Positions 19,776 through 31,681 of a stretch of 64,000 nt of DNA are shown piece by piece. This DNA is from Thecamonas trahens ATCC 50062 (Eukaryota > Protista > Apusomonadida). The position numbers were made by a program, and so were the translations under genes. The DNA is taken from assembly GCF_000142905.1 (NCBI RefSeq), contig NW_013657655.1:310001-374000 (forward strand), read 5' to 3'. How positions within the stretch are numbered: the first letter of the stretch is position 1; every line of letters begins with the position of its first letter. A model generated the notes under the pieces. The model made no database searches and was not told the origin of the DNA. It saw only the letters and a list, made by a program, of their open reading frames with translations.

Positions 19776-20830
19776 GCTACCTGCTCTCTGCTACCGGATG
19801 GTCGCAGGTGAGTGAGGTGATTCCCCGCGAGGGGGGGAGAAGGAGTGGCTAGCGAGTGCCAGTCAGTTGCATTGGTGGCATGGACGCATGCGGGTTGTTG
19901 ACATGGCTCAATACTCGTCAGCCAAACATGTGGGCTATCCTGGCTACGCCTGACGGATCAACGCCGATAGGGAGCTGATCCCACATGCGGGTATGTGTTG
20001 CCACCCTGTGACATGCACAGACCGAGTCTTTGGCTCGGGGGCTACGGCCCGGCAGCGTTTGGCAAAGTTGGCCACCCTTCCCAAGCCCAAGCAAGCCCAA
20101 GCTCATTGCTGCATCGCCTATCCCCCTCCTCCTCCCCACACCGATGCACATACAACCACAACCCACGCGATCGATCGATTGGTTCTGTCGTTGTTAATGA
20201 TGTCACTGATGCCCATGGCCGAGCGCCATGCTGCGGCGAGCGATGACGGCAGAGCTGCTGCCGACAAGCAGGGCCAAGGCTACGAGGACATGGCCATCTT
20301 GGCCATCCGCTGCAGAAAGTTGCGCAAACACAATACAAACAGGTGAAGTGTAAGGGAGAGTGAGTGAGAGTGAGAGTGGGTGAGTGAGTGAGAGTGAGGG
20401 TATGTGTGCGATGCGGAGCGTGTTGCGGCGGCACGACACACGGCTGGAGAGGGAAAGTGGGAGGGGGGCGTACGGTTCTGGAGGGACGGCAGGCCTTGAT
20501 GGGGCACGAGGTGAAGAGCTTGAAGAACTTGTACTTGAGCTTGGCCATGGACATGTTGGCAAGGAGACGGAGAGAAGGGGTGGGGGTTATCTGCGCGCGG
20601 CGTGCGAGGCTGTTGCGTGATGTCGTGGGGCGCTGGATCGGGCGTGGGCAACTGGAGTCTAGCACATTACTGAGGGGGAAGGGGCCATAGGCGGCACATC
20701 CAAGAGCTTCATTGGCCAAACATACCTGTTCTCGGTACTGGCACTCCAGGGGAAGGAGGAGAAGGAGTAGGAGGAGGAGGAGGGGGGGGGGGGGGGGGGG
20801 TCCAATCGAGGCAGTAAACTACAGCTGGTG

Positions 20831-23176
20831 CTACGGCTGGTCGGGGGTTTCGGCTTGATGGGCGCCGTCGAGGGCAACTTGGTTGCCATTGTCGTCAATG
20901 ACGGTGACGGTCTTCTTCTTCTTGCGGCGGAGGGTGGCAAAGAGCGAGCGCGACTTTTTCTTCTTGGCCGCCTTCTTCTTGGACTTGGACTTGGACTTGG
21001 ACTTGGGCGCGCCCTCGCGCGGCTCGACCTCGAGCGAGAGCTCGTAAGCCGAGTCTTCCGAGTACAGCATGTTAGATGGCTGCGAAGCGATCCAGCGGCG
21101 GATGGGCCTATTGCGGCGGAGGCAGTACGGGGTTTGCTGGTACTGCTGGACGTCGCGAATGACGGCCGAGATCATGAACCGCTTCTCAAAGTTGATGAGG
21201 CCCGACGGGGTAACGTCTTGATTACCGTCCTCTAGAAACGTGAGGTCAGTCAGCCACATGCCGACGTAGGGAATGATGGGCGGGTTGAGGGTCGGCAGCG
21301 CGTCGCGCATGTTCTTAAAGTTCTTCTCGCGCGAGAGCAGGGTCTTGAGCGACTCAAAGGTATCAAAGGCGGCGTCGGGAATGGAGCTCCATGTGGCGCG
21401 GAGGCGGTAGACGGCGGTGGTCTGCAGGCCGGCGAGGATCTCCATGACACCGTTGAAGTTGTTGAGCGCGCGCAGCTCCGAGGCCATGTCGATGATGCGG
21501 ACCAGAGTCTTGGCCCGCTTCTTGAGCGAGCCAGCCTGGAGCACTTCCATGGCAACCCACTCTGCGACGTGGTTAAAGTGGTTGGTCAGCGCCACAATGT
21601 GCGGCGACGGCAGCGGCGTCACGTCCTTCTTGGTCCAGCCCTGATTGAGGAACTCCCACGGCTTGATGCGGCGGTAGAGATCAAACTCCATGATTGTCAG
21701 CTGCCGCGCAAGCTCGACCGGCGAGAGCTTGAGGAACGTATACTGCGCCGGATGCAGCTGCTTGGGCATTATGACTGTCGGGGGCTTCTGGTCGAAGACC
21801 GCCATGGTCCCCGACCCGTGGTCCGACAGCTTGAGCAGCTTCTTGGTCGCCGAATTGCGTAGCTGCGCCGCAAACGCCGCCATTCCGGTCCCCTCCGTCG
21901 CCTCTTCCACAAACTTAAGCAGCTGGCGCACCAGTGCGCCATCGTCCGCCTTAAAGTCGTACGTGTACTGGTCGAGCCAGTTCTTGAGCAGCTTGAGAAT
22001 CCGCAGCCGGATCGGCTTCTGCACCTTGGTCGCGTGCTCCTCGAGCTCAGCCTCGGTTTGCAGCTCGGGCGGCGGTGGCGTGAACCACCGGAGCATGAGG
22101 AGCTCCAGCAGCTGGAAAGGCGTCATGAATGAACGGTATGTCATCAAAAACGCTTGCCCATACTGCATGTCCGACTGGCCCGCAGATGCGAGCCGCTCTA
22201 CAAGCTTGGACAGCGTCCCCGCCTTGACCGAGCACCCAGACGTGCTGGCAGCCTCGGCGTCGACCACAATGTTGCTCTCCGAGTCCGGCACCCCAAATGG
22301 TGATTCGGTCTCGGCAATGAGCTCTACCAGCGACTTGGGCCGCGCCAGCTGCACCACCGCCTCGGACGACGACGAGTACCCGTAGTACGACGACGACGAG
22401 CCCGACGACGAGCTCGACGACGAGTCTGACGCCGAGCCCGACGACGACGACGAGTCCAACCTCTTGCCGGCCGCGCCGGCTGTGCTGGCGCCATCGGCCG
22501 CGCTGGCGTCGGTCACTGCCGGAGCTTGTGCTGATGCGGCCGGCGTTGCTGCGGCTGCTGTAGCTGTCTTGGCCTTGGCCTTAGTCTTGTCCTTGACCAG
22601 GTTCGACGATGACGAGTCAGATGACGCGCCCGACGACGAGAGCGACGACGATGACGAACCAGCGTCCGGCTTGGACGTCACCTCTGCCTGTGCCTTGGCC
22701 TTGCCATAGCTGGCCGCCGTGCTGTGAACGCTGGCGTTGAGTGTCGGCGCCGAAACAATGCCAGCGTCGCGGGGTGCAGAGCTCGGGCCACTCGAGACCT
22801 CGGCGACAGACTTGAGCGTCGGAAGTGTGCCCATCGACCTGCCGGCCTCGCGTGATGCACCTGAGAGCCGGCGCTGCTGACGAGCAAGCAGGTTCGAGAT
22901 GCCGAGCACGTCCGGCAGCGAGACCTTGGTCTCCTGCTGCTCGATGAGCTCGACGACGTTGCGGCGGTACTTTTCGAGTGTGGTCTTGGGCGGCCCGGTG
23001 CGGCGCTTCTTCTTCCGCTGCTTGGTCATCTGCTTGTCGCGCACCGCCTTTGCTGCCAGGATGTGCGGCGACGAGTTGGATCGTGTCTTGCGACCGACGC
23101 GAGCGAGAGCCGGGTTCTTTGCAGGCATGGCCATGGGCTTGGTATCGAGCGAGCCCTTTCGTTTGTCCTTGCCCAT
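20831..23176 (-). CDS. SOS-like RasGEF (REM + CDC25) with Ser-rich N-terminus and basic C-terminus
   Basis: KAGTLSKLVERL...FLMTYRSF...RLRILKLLKNWL; ELARQLTIMEFDLY...LNNFNGVMEI...PPIIPYVGMWLTDLTFLEDGN. Confidence 0.92.
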   Translation of the reverse strand: MGKDKRKGSLDTKPMAMPAKNPALARVGRKTRSNSSPHILAAKAVRDKQMTKQRKKKRRTGPPKTTLEKYRRNVVELIEQQETKVSLPDVLGISNLLARQQRRLSGASREAGRSMGTLPTLKSVAEVSSGPSSAPRDAGIVSAPTLNASVHSTAASYGKAKAQAEVTSKPDAGSSSSSLSSSGASSDSSSSNLVKDKTKAKAKTATAAAATPAASAQAPAVTDASAADGASTAGAAGKRLDSSSSSGSASDSSSSSSSGSSSSYYGYSSSSEAVVQLARPKSLVELIAETESPFGVPDSESNIVVDAEAASTSGCSVKAGTLSKLVERLASAGQSDMQYGQAFLMTYRSFMTPFQLLELLMLRWFTPPPPELQTEAELEEHATKVQKPIRLRILKLLKNWLDQYTYDFKADDGALVRQLLKFVEEATEGTGMAAFAAQLRNSATKKLLKLSDHGSGTMAVFDQKPPTVIMPKQLHPAQYTFLKLSPVELARQLTIMEFDLYRRIKPWEFLNQGWTKKDVTPLPSPHIVALTNHFNHVAEWVAMEVLQAGSLKKRAKTLVRIIDMASELRALNNFNGVMEILAGLQTTAVYRLRATWSSIPDAAFDTFESLKTLLSREKNFKNMRDALPTLNPPIIPYVGMWLTDLTFLEDGNQDVTPSGLINFEKRFMISAVIRDVQQYQQTPYCLRRNRPIRRWIASQPSNMLYSEDSAYELSLEVEPREGAPKSKSKSKSKKKAAKKKKSRSLFATLRRKKKKTVTVIDDNGNQVALDGAHQAETPDQP

Positions 23177-24046
23177 CCTTGCACAATCACCACCACTCAC
23201 GCCCACTACTTGCCGTGTTGTCTCCCCTGCGTGAGTCCGCCCATCTCCTCCCTTGTCCCCCCCCCCCCCTGTGCATCACGAGCACGTCCCGGCCAACGAC
23301 CGACCACCCACGCCCGCAACGCTGGCTTGCTGCCTGCGCCGTTCCGTGCCGCCACCCCTTCCGAGACGACAACAGGCGACAGTGTTACCCAGCAACTCTT
23401 CCCACCACAACCAACCACCACACCGCAACTACCAGAGCCGGAAGCAACACATTGCCTCCACTCGCTCGTCTCCTCCTTGCTTATCGCGCTCGGTACGCCT
23501 TGCAAGCCATCGGCGACGGCGGTCGGAAGCAACGCCATTTTTTGCCATCACGGCCACAACGTCTCCGCCTCACACCGCCTCCCCTCTCGGGACGGACTTG
23601 CCACCCCCGCTCCGGCTTTCACCACCCACCCAAGCCAAACATGGACCGCCACACGCACCCTCTACTCACTCAGACCTCTACATCATTCCCATAAACATAC
23701 CTAATTAGCGTTGGGTCTTGCTCGCTCACGTACTCGGACGCACTTCAGGCGCTCGCTCACCACACACGTAAGCGCCGCCGTGGTTGCCACCGCTGCCTCT
23801 CCGCCCGGGTCACTTGCGTTGCTGAATCGTGTCGCTCCTCCTCCGGTTTGGGCGCTCGGAGAACGATGACTCGCCAAACGATTGCTCGCCGAACGAGAGA
23901 CCAGCGAGCACCGACTGGCCAGCGAACAGCCGACGAGCCGCTGTTGGAGGTGTGCTACACCCCACTCCTCCATCCCTGCCCCCCTCCCCCTACCCCCCCA
24001 CCCCCCCCACCCCACCCCCTACTACCTTGGTCACACATATTGCGGC

Positions 24047-26134
24047 ATGTGGGTGCCTGTGGTGTTCGAGTTTCTCGCTGTGGGTGTCCTCACATGGCTG
24101 ACGCTGCGGCGGTTCGGGTCGTGGAAGGCGACGCCTGCACTGGCGTACGCAACAACGTATGTGGGATGGATGATCTCGTTCTCGATTGTGGTGCTGCTGA
24201 CTATTGACGTCTCTTCAACTGTGTACGAGGCGTGCCGAGCAGGGCATTTGTCGAGCGGCGTGCCGCCGTCATCAGGAGAAGCGGACCAAAGCGGGCGCGG
24301 CACGTGCGGGGCCGAGCCGTGGACCTACCTCCCGCATCCGACACGGTATGTGCTGTGGAACGTGTTCTATTGGACGACCTTTGCGCTGACATGGTTGGTC
24401 GTCCCGCTGCAGCAGTCATATGTGGAGGCCGGCGACTTTTCGTTCTGGGGCAAGTGCAAGACCTCGATCCGCGAGAACGCACTGTTCTACGGCGCCATGG
24501 GCGTCCTCCTCGGCATCTTTCTCGTCTACATCATGGCGACCAAGCACCTGTACGGCTCGGATCTGGTTGGATTTGCTATTGCGGCGTCCAACGCGTGGGG
24601 CCTCTTCCTCCTCGTCGCGCTCCTCGGGTACGGCCTCGTCGAGGTCCCGCGCGCGCTCTGGCACGCGCCCGACTACGAGCGCGGCATTCGGCTTGCCGAG
24701 TTCCGGGCCGACAACTTGCTTGTCCACATCGAGGATGCTAAGACCGAGCTGGTCACTTGCATCGCCACTGTCAAGAACATGGAGGAGCCTGTGGCGCGGC
24801 ACTTTGAGTCGCTGCACCGGTACTTTGACGTCCTGCTCGCGGCGACGCCGCTCGAGTACGAGGCACGGATGCAGCTCCACCTGAGTGACGACGAAACCGC
24901 AGTTGACATTGACGCCGTCTCTCGATCGTACATTGCTGCGCTGCACGGGCGGATGAAGCGGGCGGTGCGCGAGGTTGAAACGGCCGAGGCCCAGTTTGAC
25001 GCGCTCATGGACTCGGCGTTCTTTCTGCAAGACGTGGTCAAGGCGCGGGGCGCGCCGCAGCGCACGGTTGTCTCGCTCCTCCGTCCGCCGCGGCGCTCAC
25101 GGCTTGGCCCGCTGCTGGACAAGCTCGAGTGGTGGTGGTATGTCCGGCTCGCGCCGTACGCGCTCCGCATTGCGGCAGTGGCGCTGGCAGCACTCTCGGC
25201 GCTTGTGGTCTGGTCCGAGTGCGTGCTCTTTCTCGTCAATTCGAAGCACAAGGATCGAGTGCTCTCAGTCTTTGCGCTTGCCATTCACTCGGGCAACATT
25301 ACTGACGCCGGCCTGCAGATCTGTGTCTTCTTTCCGGTCCTCTACCTCTGTGTCTGCGCGTACTCGACACTATTCAAGGTCCAGCTATTCTCGTACTACA
25401 AGCTGGTGCCCGGCGGCTTGTCCTCGGCCAACTCGCTCCTGTTCTCGGCGGCGTACCTCTCGCGGCTGGCTGCGCCCATCTGCTACAACTACCTGCTCCT
25501 GCTGCATGAGTTTGAAGGCGTCGACACCGCGTTTGCCAACATCATGGGCGACATGACCGCTGTGCCGTTCCTTGGCGAGCAGTTCAACACCATTTTCCCG
25601 CTCTTCATCCTCATCCTGTGCCTGTGCACCCTGTTCAACGTCTACTCGCGCATCCTTGCCTGGCTCCACATCCGCTCGTTTATGTTTGAGGACTCATTTG
25701 ATGACTCGGACGCGCCTGTCGGTCTCGGCCGCTCCATCGTCGCCCGCGAGCGCGCCCGTCGCGAGCGCGCCATCAAGTCTGGCATCTCGGGCCGTCGTCG
25801 TTCCGCCCTGACAGACTCGTCGGCACGTCGCCCGCTCGCCGACACAACCGCCGAGGCGCGACCGCTCGAGCCCATCAACCTCGATCTCAACGGTCTCCGC
25901 ATCGACGATGAGCCACCCACAGATGCCACCGGCGCCGGCGCCGGCTACTCGTCACTCCGTTCGCTCCTTGCTGGGCCGACGCGGACGCGCTACCGTGACG
26001 ACGACGACAAAGTTCACAGCAGCGCACCTGGCGTGGCTGTTGCCGAGCCCGGTGAGCGTGGCCGGGCCGGCGACGGCGACGATGAGTCGCCTGTCTACCG
26101 CTTCAGCGGGCGCAACCTGTTTGACGATCTGTGA
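24047..26134 (+). CDS. LMBRD2: LMBR1-domain multipass membrane protein (LMBRD2-like)
   Basis: WNVFYWTTFALTWLVVPLQQSYVEAGDF...SIRENALFY; ASNAWGLFLLVALLGYGLVEVPRALW; SLLFSAAYLSRLAAPICYNYL. Confidence 0.88.
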   Translation: MWVPVVFEFLAVGVLTWLTLRRFGSWKATPALAYATTYVGWMISFSIVVLLTIDVSSTVYEACRAGHLSSGVPPSSGEADQSGRGTCGAEPWTYLPHPTRYVLWNVFYWTTFALTWLVVPLQQSYVEAGDFSFWGKCKTSIRENALFYGAMGVLLGIFLVYIMATKHLYGSDLVGFAIAASNAWGLFLLVALLGYGLVEVPRALWHAPDYERGIRLAEFRADNLLVHIEDAKTELVTCIATVKNMEEPVARHFESLHRYFDVLLAATPLEYEARMQLHLSDDETAVDIDAVSRSYIAALHGRMKRAVREVETAEAQFDALMDSAFFLQDVVKARGAPQRTVVSLLRPPRRSRLGPLLDKLEWWWYVRLAPYALRIAAVALAALSALVVWSECVLFLVNSKHKDRVLSVFALAIHSGNITDAGLQICVFFPVLYLCVCAYSTLFKVQLFSYYKLVPGGLSSANSLLFSAAYLSRLAAPICYNYLLLLHEFEGVDTAFANIMGDMTAVPFLGEQFNTIFPLFILILCLCTLFNVYSRILAWLHIRSFMFEDSFDDSDAPVGLGRSIVARERARRERAIKSGISGRRRSALTDSSARRPLADTTAEARPLEPINLDLNGLRIDDEPPTDATGAGAGYSSLRSLLAGPTRTRYRDDDDKVHSSAPGVAVAEPGERGRAGDGDDESPVYRFSGRNLFDDL

Positions 26135-26418
26135 CTGGTTCCCAGCTCTTGATGAGCTCATGTAGTCTGAAGAGGAAAGACCCACACACTCTCCCTTACA
26201 CACTCCGAGAGTGTGAGAGATGACTGCTGTGAAATTGTGCTGAAAGAGTGAGCTGTCCGGTCCATCATCGTGCGTGGTTGCCAGGTTGCCTCGGCGCAGC
26301 ACAACCCCAGCCGAAGCCGTGTGGTCAGCAACCGAAGCACTGCACTCCAAGCCACTCCCGCGGCGAATTGGGTGGTGGCAGGCGGCAGGCGGCAGGCGAC
26401 AGGCGGCAGGTGGTAGGC

Positions 26419-28464
26419 ATGGCCAAGCGGAGGGCCAAGGGCGCAGCGAGTGGAGGGAGTGAGCGCGGAGGCAAGCGGGGCAAGCGCAGCACGGCCACAA
26501 CCAGCTCGACGGCGTCTACGGCCCCATCGGCTCCGTCGGCCGCGTCGGCCGCGTCGGCCGCGTCGGCCCCATCGGCCCCCTTGGTCGCTGGCTCGGATGG
26601 CACATGGGCAGATGTCAGGGTGTACGTAGTACCGCTGCGGATCGGTGCCGTTCAGGGCCGAGTGCTGCGCAATCGGGTGGCGGCGCTCGGGGGTGCTGTC
26701 CATGACTTTGTCTCGCCGACGACCAATGTCATTGTGGCCAACCTCGATGTGTCTGAGCTCATCGAGTGGCTGAGGCAGACAACATGGAATGAGAGCAACA
26801 CGCCGCAGGAAGAACCGCGCTTCCACAAGCTGGACTACCTCGTCGACTCGCTCAAGCAGCAGAGCCCGATCTCGCCGCATGACTTCCGGCTCCACGTGTT
26901 GGACCCGTTCTCAGGCACTCCACGTGTAGCTGTACCCACACATGCATCTCTGGTACCCGAGCCAAGCTGTGAGCCGCGGCAAGTAGCTCCAGTCATAGCT
27001 TCAGCCACATCTGGCCTGGCCATGCCCGAGATGCTGCGTTCTCGTCCGGCCGCCGCAGGCACGGCGACAGTGGCTATGGCACCCGCCGACAATGATGATC
27101 TGCTGGCCGACGACGAGTATGCTCGAGCCGTGTGCGTTGTTCCGAGGGCGAGAGCCGAGGGCGGAGCAGGCTCAAGCGCAGCGCCCCCAACGCCAGCGGA
27201 GCCATCGAGCCTCACCGGCCAGAGCTCGTCGTTCTCGTGCTCGTCTTTGGACGGCGAGTCGGACGAAGAGTATGTGGCCCAGGTCAAGATGGCAAAGTAC
27301 CAGCAGTACCGGCGCGAGCACCAGAGGCGTGCTGATGTCAGCGGCACCAGGACGGTGGCCCTTTCGGTGGCGGGCAGCGACAAGATGGTGAGCCTGGAGG
27401 TGAGCGACGAGCTGGCCAAGAAGCGTCGCAAGAAGGCGCGGGTCCTTGCGTCGCGTGAGTTCTTTGCATGCCAGGGCGCCAAAGCGACAGATCCTAAGGG
27501 GAACAACATGCTTGTGTCCCGCCAGCTCAACGAGCTCGCCGACATGTACAAGGCCGAGGGAGACCAGTGGCGTGAGTACACAACTCGCAATGCAGCTCGG
27601 CGGATCGCCAAGCTTCCCTTTGCACTCAAGTCGGGCGCCGAGGCGACCAAGCTGCCGAAGATCGGCAAGAAGCTCGGCGCCAAAATCCAGGAGATTTTGG
27701 ACACCGGTTCGCTGCGCAAGCTCGAGAACTTCAAGGCCGACGACAAGGTTGTAGCGCTTGAGCTGTTTCAGTCGATCTGGGGCGTGGGCGCGGCGACAGC
27801 CCGCAAATGGGTGCACCAGCGCGGGTGGCGGACGCTCCGCGACGTCCGTGATCACGCCGACTCGCTCACCACCAACCAGGCGATCGGTCTGAAGTACTAC
27901 CACGACATCAAGAGCCGGATTCCGCGGAGCGAGGTCATGGCCATCGAAGCACGGGTTCGGGAAGTGGCCACAGCTGTCGTCCCGGGTGTGGCACTGACGG
28001 TGTGTGGATCATACCGGCGCGGGCGACTGACGTGCGGCGACATCGACGTGCTCTTTACCCATCCCGATGACAAGGTAGCGGTAAGCGCTGTCTCGCGGGT
28101 GGTGCCAGCACTCCACGACGCCGGCCTCCTCACCCACGATCTCACTTCGGATAATCGGGGCGACTCGTACATGGGACTCTGCCGGCTCGGACCCGACTCA
28201 CTTCATCGGCGCATTGACCTCAAGTCGTTTAAGCAGTCCGAGTATGGCTGCGCCCTGCTCTACTTTTCGGGCTCTGAGCACTTTTGCCGATCGGTCCGGA
28301 CCTGGGCTCGCCGGCAGGGATACTCGCTGTCGGAGCGCGCGCTTGTTCGCCGCTTCTCCCGCGACACCAAGAGCGATCTGCCAATCCCTGGCCTCTTTAC
28401 CGAAGAAGCTGTCTTCCAGGCGCTCGGCCTCAAGTATGTCCCGCCCGAAGAGCGCGACATTTAG
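26419..28464 (+). CDS. POLL: X-family DNA polymerase lambda-like with N-terminal BRCT-like region
   Basis: [73 protein letters not shown]. Confidence 0.9.
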   Translation: MAKRRAKGAASGGSERGGKRGKRSTATTSSTASTAPSAPSAASAASAASAPSAPLVAGSDGTWADVRVYVVPLRIGAVQGRVLRNRVAALGGAVHDFVSPTTNVIVANLDVSELIEWLRQTTWNESNTPQEEPRFHKLDYLVDSLKQQSPISPHDFRLHVLDPFSGTPRVAVPTHASLVPEPSCEPRQVAPVIASATSGLAMPEMLRSRPAAAGTATVAMAPADNDDLLADDEYARAVCVVPRARAEGGAGSSAAPPTPAEPSSLTGQSSSFSCSSLDGESDEEYVAQVKMAKYQQYRREHQRRADVSGTRTVALSVAGSDKMVSLEVSDELAKKRRKKARVLASREFFACQGAKATDPKGNNMLVSRQLNELADMYKAEGDQWREYTTRNAARRIAKLPFALKSGAEATKLPKIGKKLGAKIQEILDTGSLRKLENFKADDKVVALELFQSIWGVGAATARKWVHQRGWRTLRDVRDHADSLTTNQAIGLKYYHDIKSRIPRSEVMAIEARVREVATAVVPGVALTVCGSYRRGRLTCGDIDVLFTHPDDKVAVSAVSRVVPALHDAGLLTHDLTSDNRGDSYMGLCRLGPDSLHRRIDLKSFKQSEYGCALLYFSGSEHFCRSVRTWARRQGYSLSERALVRRFSRDTKSDLPIPGLFTEEAVFQALGLKYVPPEERDI

Positions 28465-31400
28465 CCCACGTCCGGGTCGGGAAGGCAGCAGTGGCGCTGG
28501 ACATTGTCAAGCGGCGAAGCCCTTGCAGGTTTGCGCGGCGGCGGGGCGTGGTCGTCGGGATCAAGTTCTGTCCACTCGATCTCGCCGTCATCGTTGACAA
28601 ACCAGGCCTTGACCTTTTCACCCGGCTTGCGATTGGCCATGGCCTCTTTGTCAAAGTGAAACTTGACACCACCAGATGCGCGATGCGTTGACGACACATC
28701 CTGGCCAGCGTCGTAGCGGGCACGGGTCTCGGGATCCGACAGCACGGCGTATGCCTCGGCGAGGCGCATGAACATCTCGTCGGCGTCGGGCGCCGAGTTG
28801 CGGTCAGGGTGGAGCTCGCGTGCCCGCCGTCGATATGCAGCCTTGATTTGCTTGGTGGTGGCGTTGCGGGCAACACCCAGGATCTCGTAGTAGTCGCCGA
28901 CCTCGGCTTGCTCCTCGGCGGCGGCGGCGTCGCGGGCTGCGATGATGGCCTTTTGCAGCTCGTTGACGCGCGGATCGCCAGGGGCGAGATTGGCAACGCG
29001 CCGCAACAATACCATGGCCTTGTCGAGCTCGCCGCGGGTGAGTGCGAGCCGACCCAGGTGGATCACCATGGCGACAGCAGCGTCGGACGTGGCATCTGGT
29101 GCGCCGTGAACTTTTCGAAGCCGGCGGCGGCGCTTACGGAGTCGGTCATCATAGTCGAGCGCGGCATTGCAGAGTGTGTCGGCATCCGGCTGATGGTCAG
29201 TGGCAGCGAGGCAGGCTGATTGCAGGCTGGCGGCTGCGAAGACGAGGGCATCCGACTCGGCCAGGCTGCAGCCTGGTTCAGCGAGGCAGGCTGCCGGTGC
29301 TGCCGCCGCTGACCGCAGCCGCACAACGAGCGCAGTGCCGTTTGCACAGGCCTCGGCAGTGGCAGCGCCGTAGCGAGCACGGGCACAGGCTCTAAAGTTT
29401 GCGGCAGCACCGTCGACATGGCCGGCGGTGCGCAAGAGACTGCGCGCAAGAGTGAGGATGGCAGAGCCGACCTGGTACGGGGTGGCACCATCGGTGGCCA
29501 GGATGACAGATGCGTCGTACTTGACAAGCGCGTAGGCATCGACGACGAGTGCGGCCTGAGCGCGCAGCAAGAGAACATCTGGTGCACAACGGGCGAGGTC
29601 TGCGGCAGGCTGGATCAGCTCCAGCGCCCTGATGGCCTTGTTGATGGCTGCGGACGAGTTGATGTCGCTGTTGGCAGCAAGAAGCTTGCGGACGGTCGCG
29701 ACGGACCGCGCAAGCTTGGCTGCGCGGTAAAGGGCAAGACGCAACAACCGTCGTGCTGGGCGAGAGAGACTACTGCCGCGCGCGTCGAGCAGGGCTTCAT
29801 ACTCTGCGTGAGCAGATGAAAACTCACCGAGCCGGAGCAAGATGTCGGCATGGAGCATGACGGCGGCAGTGTCGCCAGTGTGGGCGACGGCCTGACTCGC
29901 ATGGCGGGCGGCGGCACGAAGATTGCCAGCGTAAAGTGCAAGCGAGGCCTGGCCCAGATGGTCGGTAGCTAGCGGAAGATAGATGCTGACATGCGGAGTG
30001 TGGAGCCGAGTGGTGGCATCAGCGAGAGTGACCGACCATGGGCAGTCCTGCGAGGCCGGAGTGTGCTTGGCGATGAGACGAAAGCGAAAGGTGGACGCCA
30101 GTTGGGCACGTCCGGGCATGCGCGCTGTGCGAAGCGGCGTGATCGGTGTTGCGGCGAGACATCCAGTATCGACGGCGAGGGCAAAGTCGGAGGAGCGGGC
30201 CATGATGGCGTCATCGGCCTGGCGAGCGCGGAGCTCACAGTCGACGGAAGAGCCCGGCAAGAGCGAGAGCGGGAGCGAGTGATTGCAAGCCACAGTCGAG
30301 GTGGCGTCAGGCGTGCCGACAACCGCAAAGTGCGGGACTGAGAGGATGTGGCCAGTGGCGGCAACGACGACACGAATCAGCTCGCGCGGCGACGACGAGG
30401 GCAGCGGCGGCCCGACAACGTCAAAGGCGAAGCGGGCGGTATCGTCGATAACAAGGCGCTCGCCGGTGGCAATGTTTGTGGCCACAAAGGCGGCAGCAAG
30501 ACCGGCCACGCCGGTGACGGAAGCGTCGCGGAAGCGTGGCTGAATGGAGCACCATACGCGCGAGCCGGCGCGAAGCGTGAGGAGTGGACAGACAACGCGC
30601 GAGGTGGCGTCGACGGCGCGGCTGGAACAGTCGTCGCCGATCCAGCCATCCAGGCATGCGCAGCGGGCAGGGCCGATGCAGCGCCCGCCGTTGCAGCCGC
30701 GTGGACAAATGGGGAGGACAGCAAGCGAGCGGATGCTGCGCCAGTCAATGTCCGGGCGCGGTTCCGAGGCCGAGTCGACGACGCCGTTGGCCATGTGTGC
30801 GTGGACGGTAAAGCCCGGTGAGACATCGATGGAGGCAATGGGTGAGAATCCTAGCACCGAGGGTGGGTATGTGCCTGGGCCGAGTGGCTGCGGAGGAAGG
30901 CCGGGTCGAGCAGCATAGCCTCTGGCCGGGAAGATGACGGCACCAGAGTCGCGCATGGCGGAGATGCGGACGCAAGCGACAGGGGGGAGGCTTGCGAGAG
31001 CGGGAAGGTGCGGACTGAGGGCGAGGAGAAAGTCAGCAAGACCGAGTCGCCAGCGCAGCGGTCGTCGACAAAGAAGGCAATCTGTAGGCCACGGGCGAGG
31101 CGGACAGAAAAGTCGGCGGCCACGGAGCCGCCGAGCGAAAACGCGCCCTGGCCGAGCGAGCTCTGCTTGCCGACAAAGCCCGGACGGGAGAAGATGATGA
31201 CCCGGGCGGCATGATGCGGCTCTGGACGCGGCGGTGGGGTGACAGGGCGGCTTGGTGTCGGTGGCGGCAGCGACTGCTCTGAGCTGTCGGATGATGTTGT
31301 AGAGCTCTCGGCATGCGCTTCGGCGACTGTCAGACAGCTGAGGACAAACGGCAGCGGCAGCTCCGGCCCCGAGGCGAGGGCGATGGGGATCGGCAGGATC

Positions 31401-31681
31401 ATGGTTGCGTCGGGCGGGCCAGAGCATTGTGGATCGGCGAAGAGCGAGACTTTGATGGGCGCAGCCGCCGGAGGATGAGGAGCGAGGGCGATGGGGGAGG
31501 CAAAGGCGGGAGGGACCGGGTACACCCCGCAGCAGCCCCACATGAACTGCTCACCCGAGGGCGAGGTGGCCAGCAGACCCGCACGATGAGGCGGAGGCAA
31601 TGTTGGTTGGGAAAGGCCCACACATAGTGCGACAGTGTAGAGTGATATGAGCAGCCGATGCGTCAGGATGGCTGTGGGCAT
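28461..31681 (-). CDS. Signal-peptide protein: beta/gamma-crystallin-like repeats, EGF domain, Ig-like region, TPR array, J domain (DNAJC3/P58IPK-like C-terminal half); apparent frameshift near 31010
   Basis: [24 protein letters not shown]; [28 protein letters not shown]; DYYEILGV...[14 protein letters not shown]...[17 protein letters not shown]. The N-terminal part is in ORF 30851..32470 and the rest in ORF 28461..31541. Confidence 0.75.

Noticed and set aside
30996-31015. 25-nt GT...AG mini-intron to explain the DnaJ-gene frameshift
   Set aside because: Removing it leads to the wrong frame; a 3n+2 length is required.
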